Below are positions 33,205-44,536 of a stretch of 64,000 bases of DNA, in pieces; the stretch's first letter is position 1; each line of letters begins with the position of its first letter. Origin of the DNA: Porphyridium purpureum (lineage: Eukaryota). The notes beneath the pieces were generated by a model. That model saw only the letters and a list, made by a program, of their open reading frames with translations, searched no databases and had not been told where the DNA came from. The stretch covers positions 1,612,001 through 1,676,000 of the forward strand of contig VRMN01000004.1 of NCBI GenBank assembly GCA_008690995.1, given 5' to 3'. Position numbers and translations under genes: made by a program.

Positions 33205-34413
33205 TCAGAGGAGAAAACGATAAAGTGAAAGCTCAGGGGTTTGATCAGCCACGCAAATCAGGGGGGCTGTACCTTGAGTATCATCCACAACACACAAAGC
33301 ATTTATCTTGGCATGGTTCTTCACCACCGCGATGGGAGGAGCTTCTCTCATCGCAGGACGGACGCGCCACAAAGCAAAGCACTTGTCACGCCCGGCACTT
33401 CCCGACACAAGAAGCGTATCGTCCCAGAATGCAAGTGCCGCAACGGGCCCTGAGTGCGGTCCAGAGAGCCACGTGCCCACCACTGACGACTCCCCTGCAC
33501 ATGAAGGCTTCAACTCCGCATGATCTTGTTTCTTGCCTTTGCTGCCGGAGGGAAGCGATGTGGGACCGCGCGGCGGAACGTCTTGGATGAATATCCGGCC
33601 AGGCTGCGTTCCAAACGCAAGCACACACCCTGACGGTGACTCTGCAACGCTGTGCACCCAGGGGGGATTCACCATTTGGGCGTTTGGCTCCGAAGAGCCA
33701 TCGTCTGTGCCACCAAGCACGTTCAAGTTCCAGGTATGAAGCACGCGTGCGCGTCGAAAATCCCACAGCGCCGCGTAAGCATCCAACCCTGCCGAAATAA
33801 GCTGCCACGGCTCATGCGGCCGAAAAGCCACGGACGTGGCGATATTCTGATGCAAGCGAGGCATCACGCGGAAGGCTCGGCGCGAGTCGTCTAAATCAAC
33901 AATGCGAACATTGCCTGCGTCGTCACAGACCGCCGCATGCTGACCATTCACTGACACATCGATCGAATTGATCTCATTCACATGAGCGTCTGTCTCCTTG
34001 GCAAGCGCGGAAAGCACATTGTTGGAAGTGGTACCCGGTACACCGCGCGACCAGAACGGCTCACGTAGCAACACGCCATCTGCGCGAAGATCAAAGCTGT
34101 ACAGCATCGTGCCGGCAGCCGCGAAGACTTCGTGCGGCCGACCCGTCGGAGAGACTGCTACAGCTTGCACGGCACACTTCTCAGGAACAAGAAGACAGCG
34201 CGATGCGCGCGCCCGTTTCACGTCATCGCGCCCTAAATCCCACACACGCACTGTCCCATCGGCGGATCCTGACAGAATCTGCGCATACGGTTGGTGCGGC
34301 TGCTGCGCTCCCGAGCAAACACACAATACTTCATGCTTATGACCGCTTACTCGGACTCGCTGCACGCCCGCAGCTGCCAGCGCGCTGTCGGTGTCTTCTG
34401 GTGCAAAGTCCAT
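33205..34413 (-). CDS. WD40 repeat protein (WDR53-like)
   Basis: GH...SGSADGTVRVWD, EINSI, LISAGLDAYAALWD, LLVSGS...ALW. First ATG at 34413. Confidence 0.82.
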   Translation of the reverse strand: MDFAPEDTDSALAAAGVQRVRVSGHKHEVLCVCSGAQQPHQPYAQILSGSADGTVRVWDLGRDDVKRARASRCLLVPEKCAVQAVAVSPTGRPHEVFAAAGTMLYSFDLRADGVLLREPFWSRGVPGTTSNNVLSALAKETDAHVNEINSIDVSVNGQHAAVCDDAGNVRIVDLDDSRRAFRVMPRLHQNIATSVAFRPHEPWQLISAGLDAYAALWDFRRARVLHTWNLNVLGGTDDGSSEPNAQMVNPPWVHSVAESPSGCVLAFGTQPGRIFIQDVPPRGPTSLPSGSKGKKQDHAELKPSCAGESSVVGTWLSGPHSGPVAALAFWDDTLLVSGSAGRDKCFALWRVRPAMREAPPIAVVKNHAKINALCVVDDTQGTAPLICVADQTPELSLYRFLL

Positions 34414-34507
34414 ACCACAAAAGGTCACTGGCTTCCAGATGCCAGCGAAATAAAAAAGGCACGACACAGATTTGCTCGTATGCCTGCTGTGTGCCTGTCT
34501 GCTTGCC

Positions 34508-35098
34508 TTACTCGTCTAGCGACATTATTTCTTTTTCGATCCGTGCCAATCGAGACTCTTCATGTGTTGCGGAGACTGCCTCGCTTCGGGCCACGGTGGA
34601 TGAAGAACTCACCGCACTGCGCTTCGGCAGCTTGTGACTGGAAAGCGGCTTGCTGACCTTATGGATGTGGCTGTTCACAAACTGTTTCCTCACGAGCACG
34701 AGTAGCTCCTTCTGAGTGGAGCGAATGGTGCCGCCGACGTGCAGCACCGCGAGCCTAGCGCTCGAGCAGCCTGTCTCACGAACACAAGTGATAAGGGAAC
34801 ACGCAGCCCACACTTTATGGACAAGTGCTCGCGGCGCGCGTACAATGGCCACGCGCAACTCGGGACTCCAATACTTGACGGCCAACGCGCCGCTACCTCC
34901 CACCAGCGCCGCGCCGACGTCACCAAACTGTTCTTGCACGGTGTTCTTGATCACGAAAAACAGCTGTTTGGACGTCAGCTTGCTCACAGCGCGCACCTGT
35001 GCGGCTTCGTCGCCCAGGCGAAGCGCGGGCGTTGAATTTACTCCCGAGGTACCGACGTCCACGCGAACGAGCAGGTATCGATTCTTGAAGCGCACCAT
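34508..35098 (-). CDS. POP5: RNase P/MRP protein subunit POP5
   Basis: MVRFKNRYLLV, FGDVG, VKYWS...AIVRAPR, VLHVGGTIRS. Confidence 0.9.
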   Translation of the reverse strand: MVRFKNRYLLVRVDVGTSGVNSTPALRLGDEAAQVRAVSKLTSKQLFFVIKNTVQEQFGDVGAALVGGSGALAVKYWSPELRVAIVRAPRALVHKVWAACSLITCVRETGCSSARLAVLHVGGTIRSTQKELLVLVRKQFVNSHIHKVSKPLSSHKLPKRSAVSSSSTVARSEAVSATHEESRLARIEKEIMSLDE

Positions 35099-35205
35099 GT
35101 ATATATACGCAGCTCGCCCTCACACAATCGTTGTCGTCCTTCCAATCAACCAACCTTCTTTTACTCGGTGCGTACCAGGGACAAACATGCTCGGCGCGAC
35201 CTTGT

Positions 35206-35589
35206 TCATGATCCAGGCGGGCCGCTTCGCAACTGAGCGGCCATTGACATACACAAGCGCAAATCTTGCTCGAGTAGCACACAGCCGCGGCTATCACCCG
35301 GGCTCAGGCGCGTTGCATCTTCGCTCTGCATGCACGTCCACAGCGGCACGCAGTCGCACTCGCGCGAGCGCGTGTCCAGCAGCGCGCGCGCGCGAGCTAC
35401 CGGCGCTGCGTCATATTCATTCGCTGTCATGCTGCCTGCAGAATGCCTCGACCGAGGCGCTGCCTTGTACGCAATTGCTGCGACAGTCAGCACCGTCGCG
35501 ACACCTACCAGCCCATGTCGCGCGCGGGCGCGCACATCCAAGTGACGCCACGAGAAGAGTCTACTGCCAAAGCGGTGCGGGGCGCTCAT
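35206..35589 (-). CDS. Small single-TM, Cys-motif protein (possible mitochondrial intermembrane-space protein)
   Basis: Hydrophobic helix GLVGVATVLTVAAIAY followed by CDCVPLWTC and CX9C (CVLLEQDLRLC). Confidence 0.5.
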   Translation of the reverse strand: MSAPHRFGSRLFSWRHLDVRARARHGLVGVATVLTVAAIAYKAAPRSRHSAGSMTANEYDAAPVARARALLDTRSRECDCVPLWTCMQSEDATRLSPGDSRGCVLLEQDLRLCMSMAAQLRSGPPGS

Positions 35590-36347
35590 GCTTGCTACTC
35601 GCTAGAAATATCGTTCACGCGCAGTTGTGCCGCACCTATGTACTCCAAAGCGCCGCGGCTTGACGTTTATAGAGCACCTGCGCGGTCAGTCAGCTCAGTT
35701 CCAACCACCTTGGGCCCTGAAAGTACGTCACGTGTCTGCCGTCGACCAGCGCTGGACAGAGAAGTCGCGACTGGGCAGATGGAAACAGCTTTACTATGTA
35801 CGTACTAGAGTTCCACCGACCATAGAACCGCGTCAGAGACACAAATGTGACGGCAAGAGGGGCCTGGCGCGTTGCAAAGGATTTACGTTGGTGTGCGTCA
35901 ATTCATCTGCGCTGCGTCGCACGTCACTTGCTCGGAAAGGCACGCCGTTTCTTCCTCGCGCTCGCCTTGCTCTCTGCCATCACACGAGTCTGTAGTTCCA
36001 CCTCACCATTCTACTTGAACGGCAGTCTGCGCGACGCCACCGAACCCAATGCGGTTGACGACCCGCACATGTCTCGCGCAAGACGTGAGGAACGATTCTT
36101 GACACACGGTGGAAAGTTTCAAGTTTAAACCAAAGCAGATACAATTCCAAACGCCCGTACCGCTACACGCCGCTGCGCACAGTATCAGCGCCGCACGCGC
36201 GCGATGCCAGCGGCACCTGACACAGCCGTCACACAAGTGACACTGCAGCGCCACCAACTCCTCTCACATCCAACCAACACACACACACACACACACGCAC
36301 ACACACGCGCTCGTGCCATCAACAAAAATCCAAAACAAGAAAAAGAA

Positions 36348-36388
36348 CAAACCCTAATCCCAACCCTAACCCTAATCTGAACCCTAGG
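36348..36388. promoter_or_regulatory. Cluster of telomere-like AACCCTA (telo-box) motifs
   Basis: caaaccctaatcccaaccctaaccctaatctgaaccctagg in a divergent intergenic region, next to (CA)n and a 12-bp repeat (GTACTCATGGCT, about 36466-36505). Confidence 0.5.
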
Positions 36389-36811
36389 ATTTGAAGCTCA
36401 AACGGTGATTCCACAACAGAACCTACTGTACACCTAGGGTTACTGTGCCACTGAGGAAGGTGACTGTACTTATGGCTGTACTCATGGCTGTACTCATGGC
36501 TGTACTTTTTGGTTTGGTGCGCGTGCGAGGTGGATTGGACGATGGAGGAGTGATAGGCGCGACATGTGCGCGCGAGTGTGTGTGCTAGTTGGGACAGAGC
36601 GTTCCCGGGGATAAGGTGGTGCCGCTGTGTCGCGTGGACCCGGCGCATGCGTTGCTGCTCCGTCATTGCCGGAAAGTTTTGGTCGGCGGAGATCGCCGCT
36701 CCTGTTTGAGTGGGGCTGGAGGAACGATTGAACGTCGATGCGTCTGGCAAACGTGTCCGCCGCCGTCCGAGTTCTTGAGCGTGTTTGTGCGGTATTCGCA
36801 TGTCGTGTGGC

Positions 36812-37720
36812 ATGATGGCGTTTCAAGGCGCGACAAATGTGAACGTGGAGCCGTCCGTGCGCTCGCGGCGCCGATGCGGTGGTGGGGTCGCGCCGTTCAG
36901 AGCTCGCGCCGGGCCGTGTCGTGCAGCGTCGGCTCGCAGCCACGAAGCGGCTACCGCGCCAAGCCGTGACGGCGCTGTCTTGTACAGAGCTTCGGGCGTG
37001 TATATGTGCATGGCGAACCGGCAAATCTTGGGTGCGTGCTCCAGTCGATGTGCAGGCTGGGGGGACAGTAGTTCTCGCCGTTTCACTCGCAAGGACGGTG
37101 CCATGCCACTGTCGGCCATGCGCGCAAAGCAAGATGACGGTGCGCCGGATCAACCCGGGACAAACGCGAAGAAGGATGAGATTATGGACCTGCTGAAGCA
37201 ATCATTGAGCGAGTCGGAAATTTTCACGGAGCATCTGCGGAAAGCGGACCGGGCCGAGATCGAAATGCTTCAGAAGGAAGGCGAACTCAAGCTGCGACAG
37301 ATCGTGGAGGAAGCAAAGCAGGAATTTATGGAGAACATGCGCAAGGAGGACGCCATGGGACTTGGAGGCGAGCAGGGCTATGCAGCGTACGAGGAGTTTC
37401 AAGCCAAGTTAGCCGAGCTCGAAAAGGAACGCGATCGCTTGCTTAGTGCGATCAAGTCGGAGCGCGAGATCATTCGGCAGGAGTATGAGGAGATGCAGGG
37501 ACTTGCAGACATGTACTCTGCCGGAGGCAACTCGAAAAGGGCGCCTCGTGAGATTGCGCTTACAGGTGTAGCGTGGTTGCTTTGTAGTGCGGCACTGTTT
37601 TACGTGGTTCAAGGCGTCACAGAAGGGCGTTTCGAAGAAACGCTGCCAAGCGCCACGATCGACGCCGCACTGGCCGCTGTGGCAGTCTTTGTGCTTCGGC
37701 GCTCTGAACGAAAACCATAG
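36812..37720 (+). CDS. Hypothetical plastid membrane protein (coiled coil plus two TM helices)
   Basis: MMAFQG transit-like start, acidic coiled coil, two C-terminal hydrophobic helices. Confidence 0.7.
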   Translation: MMAFQGATNVNVEPSVRSRRRCGGGVAPFRARAGPCRAASARSHEAATAPSRDGAVLYRASGVYMCMANRQILGACSSRCAGWGDSSSRRFTRKDGAMPLSAMRAKQDDGAPDQPGTNAKKDEIMDLLKQSLSESEIFTEHLRKADRAEIEMLQKEGELKLRQIVEEAKQEFMENMRKEDAMGLGGEQGYAAYEEFQAKLAELEKERDRLLSAIKSEREIIRQEYEEMQGLADMYSAGGNSKRAPREIALTGVAWLLCSAALFYVVQGVTEGRFEETLPSATIDAALAAVAVFVLRRSERKP

Positions 37721-37800
37721 TTTATTCGGACCATAAAAGGAATAGAATACAGGGGCGCACTTGATGCTGTCGTCCAACGCAAAGCTGCGTCTGACGTCCC

Positions 37801-40800
37801 CTAACGACTCTGATGTTTCACAAACTTGAGTCCAAAGCCATGCAGGAAGATAAAAAAGAACCAGAAACCAACCAGCGCACCAATATTGATCCACTTGTTC
37901 CACACACCCACACTGTACGGCTCCTTGATATTGTCACCAGAGGTGATTGCGCAGAATCCGCAGGGTTCGAATGTTGGCGCGCTCCCCAGATTGACGTACG
38001 AAAAGTCTGCATTATCTAGCGCCGTGCAAGAGGTGCCGGGCTGCGGATTCAGGAAAGGAACATTTTGCGTCACCGGGTCGCACACAAAGGTTTGACCCGT
38101 TAACTCGTTATCCAAGATTCCGTTCAAGTAGTACGCAAAGGGGTTGATATAATAGACCCAAATCCACCAGCCCGGGATCTCTCGCTTCTGGATAAGAAAG
38201 CCGGCGAGACAATTTCCAATGGTGTTGATCAGCGGAGGAAAGGCTTGCGCGACAGCAAAGTTCGGGGCAAGCACAGCGACTGCCTGTCCTATCGCAATAC
38301 ACCAAAGCATAAAGAATTCGTTCGCAAGGAAGAAGTAGCCGTACGTGCTCGCCCTGAATCCAATCGTCCAGTAAAAGATGCTCTGGAACAGAAGCGCGGC
38401 TAAAATCGCGCTTGGAATCTCGGCGAGAACGTTTGACAACCATGCAGCGCTGACTCCGTACATACCGGCGGCCAACTCACGGTAGTAAACCGGGCGTCCA
38501 TTCACAATGGGTCCAATGACGTTTGCGATTTGCATAGATCCTGCAAGCGCTGACATGAACAGTGCCGCGGGCATCAGGCTGACTCCAGTCTGATCATCGT
38601 CCAGCTGGAAGAAAAGGAAGCCAAGAAGCACCGCCTGGAAAAAGCACACAATAAAGCGGACCAAAATGTATTCTGGAGAGCGCGCTCGCATGATCACGAG
38701 CCGCTTCAACACGTGCTTCAGCTGATAACCTCTGGAGCTCGCTCGAAAACCAGAGAATGTGAAGGGCTGAACGTCTTTGGGCACCAGACCGCCTTCTGGC
38801 TCGTGCGTAAGCCTCGCAATCTCAGCACATTCCGGGGATGATTTCCACACTTCGTGCCAGTTCTGCTGATCCACCTTTTTGCGACCCAGACCAGCACCGA
38901 TCTGCAATAGCATGTAGTCGGCCGGATTCTGCCCCGGTTCCATCGGCTCGGCACCGTTCCGAGTAAAATAGTCAACGAGTGTCTGCGAGTTCTCGCCGAG
39001 TTCGCCGAAGTAGACCGTTTGGCCACCACGCTGCAACAATAGAAGCTCGTCGAACTGGTTGAAGATCTCAATCGACGGCTGGTGGATTGTACAGATGACC
39101 GAACAGCCCAAGTTGGCAATGTTGCGCATAACTTGCGTGCACAGCAGTGCCGCGCGTGAGTCTAATCCCGACGTGGGCTCGTCCAAAAACAAAATGGACG
39201 GTCTGGCGACCAGCTCAACGCCCATCGTCAACCTCTTCCTCGCCTCCGCAGGTAGTCCATCGACGCCAGGTGTCCCGACGCGCTCGTCTTGCCTGTCGCG
39301 CAGCAGCAAAACGTCCAGCGTTTGCTCTACGATCGCCTGTTTTTCTTCCTCGGGTACGCGTTCGGGCAGGCGTAGGCGCGCTGAAAACTCGAGACTTTCG
39401 CGCACGGTCATCTTTCCATAGTGAACGTCCATTTGTTCGACATAGCCTGTGTATCGAGGGAAGAAGTCATCCTGCGGAGCATGGTTGATTAAAATATCAC
39501 CCTCGATCACCCCCAAAGTCTTGCGCTTGGCTACCACATCCATTAGGGTCGTCTTGCCCGCGCCACTTGAACCCATCAATGCAATCATGCGCCCCGGGCG
39601 GCAAAAGCCATCGATTTTATCCAGCAGCTGCTTTGTCTCGCCCTTCCCGACCGGCACAGTGTAACTCAAGTCGCGCCACACAATGTATGCCGGAGCGAAC
39701 TTTTTCTGTTCCGAAGGATCGCGCGTTTCGGCCTCTTTCTTGAACTTCAGCTGTGCCTGCGAGTGCAACGTTTCGCTCACTACGTCCACCATTTCAGTTT
39801 CGTCGGCAATCTCACTGTCGTTCAGCAGACGCTTCGCCTTGAACTCCTTTGGTTTCAGCGTGTATGTGCAAATGACCGCAAGGACCAGAAACAGGACCCA
39901 GTAACCCACAATGATAGCAATGTTATACCACACCCACTCGAAACCTTGCCTCACGCCCAGCCGGACTGTAGCATACTGCTCGCCCGTAGTGAATGGGCAC
40001 GTCTTGAATTGAGTTGCAATGGACGGGTCAGGAGGCATGAGTTCGCTGGGAGTACAAAACAGATCACGACCGTAAAACTCGTTGATGGCGAGCGCCCCAT
40101 ACATGTACTGAAGAGGCGAAATCCAGTAGATCCATACGTACCAGCCTCCGATCTCACTGTTCGGAATCAGAAAGCCAGCAAAGATAATGCACGCAAGCAA
40201 ACCCAGGCCAACCAGGCCCGTGGCAGAATCGATGTCCATCAGAGTGGTGAACAAGCGAATGAATGAATCCACAACCAAGTTTCCTAGCCAATTGATGAGA
40301 AGGAAGATGAAAAAGCGCCCGGCTGCCGGATTAAGATCCGCCAGCCAGTACACACAAACCCCAAACAAGATCACCCGAATAAATGATAAAATGGCGTCGA
40401 CAAGGATCGCTGAAGCGACAAACGGTCCTGGTTCGTAGAAGCGTGATGCGTGCTGCTTCAAGTAAACATTCTTGAGCGCGTATTTTTTGCCAACCGAGCT
40501 CATGCCGGACAGGGCGTTGTACACAAGCACAACAAAAAGCAAACCATTGCGACTGTACGCGCCAGCCTGGTTGCTTTCCGTTCCAAGAAAGAGGGTGCCC
40601 AACACAAGACCAATCAGGGCCGAGAGAACAAAGTGCGCAATGTTTGTCTTACGATCCAAGAACTCGAGACGAATGTTCCTGGCCATAAGCAAACTGAATT
40701 GGCGCATCTTCGAGTTCAAGCACTCGTTGTTCAGAAAAGCAATTGCTTCCGGGTCTATCTTACTCTTGTAGTCACTGTGGATCATGGGATGCGAACCTAT

Positions 40801-42099
40801 AACTCCCTTCTCAATTTCTGCGCGGCAGTCTTCATAGAACTGTGACTTTCTGTACCGATCCACGAACTCATCGACGGAACGTGGCACCTTGTCCACATTT
40901 TCCTGCGGCACCAGCTCATCGAACATGGTGGCATCCGAAACGGTGCAAACAAAATCTGGCACGGAGCGAAGTGGGGGCTTTTTAAAGCCGAGTCCTTCAA
41001 AGTAGCCCTGAGCCTCAGATGGCCTGCCGAAAAAGATCGGCTTGCCCTGGTCGAGCACCAACACCCTGTCGAACGCGTTGAAGACACCTTCGCTGGGCTG
41101 CTGGACAATGGCCGCCACACCAAAGCCCATCTTGCTGGCCACTGTTTTAATGGTCAGTGTGATATCCAGCGTGGCGGCGGCGTCCAGTCCCTTGTTGAAC
41201 GAATCCAGCAGAACGACTTTGGCAATGTGGCCTACCAGCATCTCACCGATTGTAACACGCTTCTTCTCACCACCCGAGCAGCCACGGATGTTTTCATCAC
41301 CCACCGGCGTCGAAAAAACTCGGTCAATCCCAAGGCTCATGGCGATGCTCCCAATGCGCATGTTGCGCACAAAGTCGGCGTATGGCAGGATAGGAGGCGT
41401 GAGGCACGCACCTGCGAAGCCCAGGGTATCGAGCACGGTCAGGGGAGCAAGATGCACATCCTCCTGCTGCACAAGGCGCACTGTGTGTTGCAGGGGCATG
41501 ATCATGTCCTTGGCGTCATCATAAACGTCCAGACCATTGTACAGCACCTTGCCTTCACGACCGGAAAAGTAGACGCCGCGCATCGACATGAGCTGCAGCA
41601 GTGTGCTCCCACCGCAGCCCGGTGGGCCGACAATGAGAAGCATCTCACTTTCACGCATGTACGCGGAAACGCCATCGAGCACCTTGCGGTCCTGCTTCTC
41701 GATTCTGCCGCGCCTGCGCTTGATGAGGCGGTCCAGGAACTGTGACATTTTCTTGAAGGGACCGACTGCGCCGCCACGTGCAGCTTCCAACACTGTGGGT
41801 CCGCCATCGTGTCCATTTTTTTCCACAAGGATAGGGACGGACACGCTGACGTCATCCAGCGCAACCGCCACGCCGCCCATGGGCAAGCCGACCTCGTCCA
41901 AAATCTGGCGGTAAAAGTCCATGAACTTCAAGCGGTCGAACTGCTCGCTGCGCGGATCAAGGGTGGGATCCTCCTTCCAGAACTCGCCGTAGGCCTCCTC
42001 CACGGCGTGCTTCCTGCGCCAGTACTCCTCGGGCCCAAAGTGGCGCATGCGCGCCGGCACCAGCTCGCTCGGGCGGCACCCGCCGCGCGCGGCCGCCAT
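37801..42099 (-). CDS. Full-size ABCG/PDR transporter, paralogue 1
   Basis: NBD-TMD-NBD-TMD; GPPGCGGST, GCSGGEKKRV, GSSGAGKTT, FLDEPTSGLD, CTIHQPS, GQNPADYML. First in-frame ATG at 42099 (start uncertain). Confidence 0.95.
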   Translation of the reverse strand: MAAARGGCRPSELVPARMRHFGPEEYWRRKHAVEEAYGEFWKEDPTLDPRSEQFDRLKFMDFYRQILDEVGLPMGGVAVALDDVSVSVPILVEKNGHDGGPTVLEAARGGAVGPFKKMSQFLDRLIKRRRGRIEKQDRKVLDGVSAYMRESEMLLIVGPPGCGGSTLLQLMSMRGVYFSGREGKVLYNGLDVYDDAKDMIMPLQHTVRLVQQEDVHLAPLTVLDTLGFAGACLTPPILPYADFVRNMRIGSIAMSLGIDRVFSTPVGDENIRGCSGGEKKRVTIGEMLVGHIAKVVLLDSFNKGLDAAATLDITLTIKTVASKMGFGVAAIVQQPSEGVFNAFDRVLVLDQGKPIFFGRPSEAQGYFEGLGFKKPPLRSVPDFVCTVSDATMFDELVPQENVDKVPRSVDEFVDRYRKSQFYEDCRAEIEKGVIGSHPMIHSDYKSKIDPEAIAFLNNECLNSKMRQFSLLMARNIRLEFLDRKTNIAHFVLSALIGLVLGTLFLGTESNQAGAYSRNGLLFVVLVYNALSGMSSVGKKYALKNVYLKQHASRFYEPGPFVASAILVDAILSFIRVILFGVCVYWLADLNPAAGRFFIFLLINWLGNLVVDSFIRLFTTLMDIDSATGLVGLGLLACIIFAGFLIPNSEIGGWYVWIYWISPLQYMYGALAINEFYGRDLFCTPSELMPPDPSIATQFKTCPFTTGEQYATVRLGVRQGFEWVWYNIAIIVGYWVLFLVLAVICTYTLKPKEFKAKRLLNDSEIADETEMVDVVSETLHSQAQLKFKKEAETRDPSEQKKFAPAYIVWRDLSYTVPVGKGETKQLLDKIDGFCRPGRMIALMGSSGAGKTTLMDVVAKRKTLGVIEGDILINHAPQDDFFPRYTGYVEQMDVHYGKMTVRESLEFSARLRLPERVPEEEKQAIVEQTLDVLLLRDRQDERVGTPGVDGLPAEARKRLTMGVELVARPSILFLDEPTSGLDSRAALLCTQVMRNIANLGCSVICTIHQPSIEIFNQFDELLLLQRGGQTVYFGELGENSQTLVDYFTRNGAEPMEPGQNPADYMLLQIGAGLGRKKVDQQNWHEVWKSSPECAEIARLTHEPEGGLVPKDVQPFTFSGFRASSRGYQLKHVLKRLVIMRARSPEYILVRFIVCFFQAVLLGFLFFQLDDDQTGVSLMPAALFMSALAGSMQIANVIGPIVNGRPVYYRELAAGMYGVSAAWLSNVLAEIPSAILAALLFQSIFYWTIGFRASTYGYFFLANEFFMLWCIAIGQAVAVLAPNFAVAQAFPPLINTIGNCLAGFLIQKREIPGWWIWVYYINPFAYYLNGILDNELTGQTFVCDPVTQNVPFLNPQPGTSCTALDNADFSYVNLGSAPTFEPCGFCAITSGDNIKEPYSVGVWNKWINIGALVGFWFFFIFLHGFGLKFVKHQSR

Positions 42100-42942
42100 C
42101 ACCCGAAGGCGTGCCAGGCGTCGCGTCCTCCGCCATGACAACCCGCACCCTCCCCCACCGCCCCCACACCTCTCCGGCGTGCACTTCCCTCCTCAACTAT
42201 TAGTTCCTCCAAACGCTGTATGCTCAAAGCCAAGCGCTATAAATAAAACGATAAAAATTAAAAAATGATAAAACGTGAATAAAGTACAGTACGAGTTACA
42301 ATGAAATCGGGCGAGTTTATGCGTGTACTGTTGGTGAGGGCGAAGTGAAGAAAAGGAATCGGCGTGAGCAGCCATCGGGTTGGGGGGCTGTAATGGGGTA
42401 ATGGCGTGTGGGTGTGTATAGCAGAATGCAGCCGTTTGAGCTCTTTCAACGGTTCGTCGGTTATATTCGGTTCCCCGCCGCCTCCGCCACTCATCTGGTT
42501 TCTCTGCCACGGGATTCACCGGCTCACCACGTTGGCGTATCCAACATGCAACGTGGACCACAACGCATAGGAGGGAGCCAATGGTGTGATTGAAAAAAAG
42601 GTGACATGCATAGGAAAGTTGAACTTTTGACTAGGAAAGGTCGCAGCGTGTTTCGTTGGCGCACGCTTGTATGAAATTCATGGTTCAAAACGCATGACGA
42701 ACCAGACGGGAAAGCTATCCGAACAACGGGCTGCTCGGGTAAGTCTTTACACGAGAGCAACCACTCGTGGGTCTGGGGCGGTAGCTCTAACTTACTTATT
42801 TGAGCGAAATAAGTTGTGATCAAGCGTCCCGCTCGAGTCCAGTGCACTACAAGGATCCCGCAAGGCAATAGATAGCTTATACTCCCGTTTGAGCTCCACA
42901 AATTGTCAACTTTTTAGATGTCAATACCATCGACTACTTCGC

Positions 42943-43245
42943 TGTTATCCGTTCGACCCCAGTCACCTAGAACGGTTCGGTTAATCCGAAACCGTTAAGC
43001 CGTTAAACCGGTAGACCGTTTAACCGTTTCTAGAAGCTTCTAGAGGTTCCAGAAACTTCTAGACGCGCGCAGAAATGCCAATGATTTGCATTGTCATTTC
43101 TCTTGGCGCCTTGCTGTCCCTAGCGGAAGTAAGGGTATAAAAAGGCGACGCGCCTGCCCGGACTAGCCGGTCAGGTCTTGCTCGGAGACAGAAGAGGTAA
43201 GGAAAGAAGACGCAGAGCGAGAATAAAGGCACAGCATTGGTAACA
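42943..43245 (+). mobile_element. Solo LTR, family A, with 5-bp TSD
   Basis: TGTTA...TAACA, TATA box, AATAAA near the 3' end, perfect TSD TTCGC at 42938-42942 and 43246-43250. Confidence 0.92.
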
Positions 43246-43529
43246 TTCGCTATCTATTTTTCTTCCTCGCTTGGGCGGTGGTTACTTCGCTGCATTTATA
43301 CGACCTTCGGACCTACGAAGACGCCCACGTCTCGCCAGGAACTCGAGCTGGCAGAGCTGGCGTGTCTCACCCGGCCGTTAGTCGCTCGAGGTACTGCGAT
43401 TACCTTGCGCGAGTATGAATGATACTGTTCTATGGATTTCCCGACAGAAGCGTCAAATCTGAGACGCCGAAAATTCAAAGGAAGCGGGGAGGTGCGCATT
43501 CATTGTAGCTCGTGGCGAGCTCCGTTTAG

Positions 43530-44536
43530 ACGCCATACGACACACTATTGGCCTCTCGCATGAAGAGAAAGAGTGCAATCTGGGTCTTCCGCAGTCGACA
43601 ATAACCTTGAAAACCGTCGCGATCAAATTTGGGTGCTTGAAGAACGTTCGTTTACGATATTCATCGGGTCCAAATAATTACGGTCAAAATTATGCCAATG
43701 TGAACAGATCTATGCTGACGAAGGCAGGCAGAATGAAGACTGACAACATTATCAAGCTTCGGACGACTCACGCGATTCGCCATGTTTAACCAGCTCTGCG
43801 TCGTCGTGTAGCAAACCCGGTCAAACATTCGACAGTATTCAAGAAGGCAATGATTGCGATAAATACAAACGACAAATTACAGCTGATTCGTCAGAGAAAC
43901 TCAACCGCAAGGTCGGGAGACTAACCTGGGTCAGACCCGAGCTTGGGAAAAACAGGTAGGGCCAAGATTGTGTTCACAAACGAGAAGCAGATCACGCTGG
44001 ATAGGCCAGATAATTTCCAAAAGACATGGATTGAGCGTGCGCAGGAGATTCCAGACTTTTGGTTGCGACTTTTGTGTGGCAGTAGATATATGATATGGGG
44101 CGCAAGTTTTGCGATAAAAAAAGTTAATTTTCATTTCATCGTGGGGACCCTTACGGCTGCCAATTATGTTTGCATGCTTCAGGATGCCTATGCCCTGAAC
44201 CGCTGTCGTTAAATGGTAGGCCCAAACACAAGCTTTCATTTGCAGAACACACCAGTAAACAATAGTCCCCTGCGCAAGAATTTTATAAATCGTAGGCGTG
44301 AGGAGCCTTCAGACAGGCCGACATTCTCGCCGAACTTTATTATTATCGACACAGACAGGGAAACACCAACATCGAAGGTTTGTGCGGGTGTAAGGCAGTA
44401 CCAGACGGCGCTGGGTTTCACAAGTGTCAGTACATGGGCTTGGGACACATCAGACCTGCCGATACTGGCCTGTTTGTACGCGTCTCTGCCGAAGCGCACG
44501 TTCGAGTGTGTATACCATCGAGGCGCATACGCGTAA
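43530..44536 (+). pseudogene. Highly degenerate Tc1/Tc3-like transposase
   Basis: IVFTNEKQITLDRPDN (cf. FSDEKKFNLDGPDG), MIWGA, LTAANYVCMLQ, PTFSPNF, RQYQT, LYASLPKR..ECV; stops and lost catalytic residues. Left boundary approximate. Confidence 0.75.
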
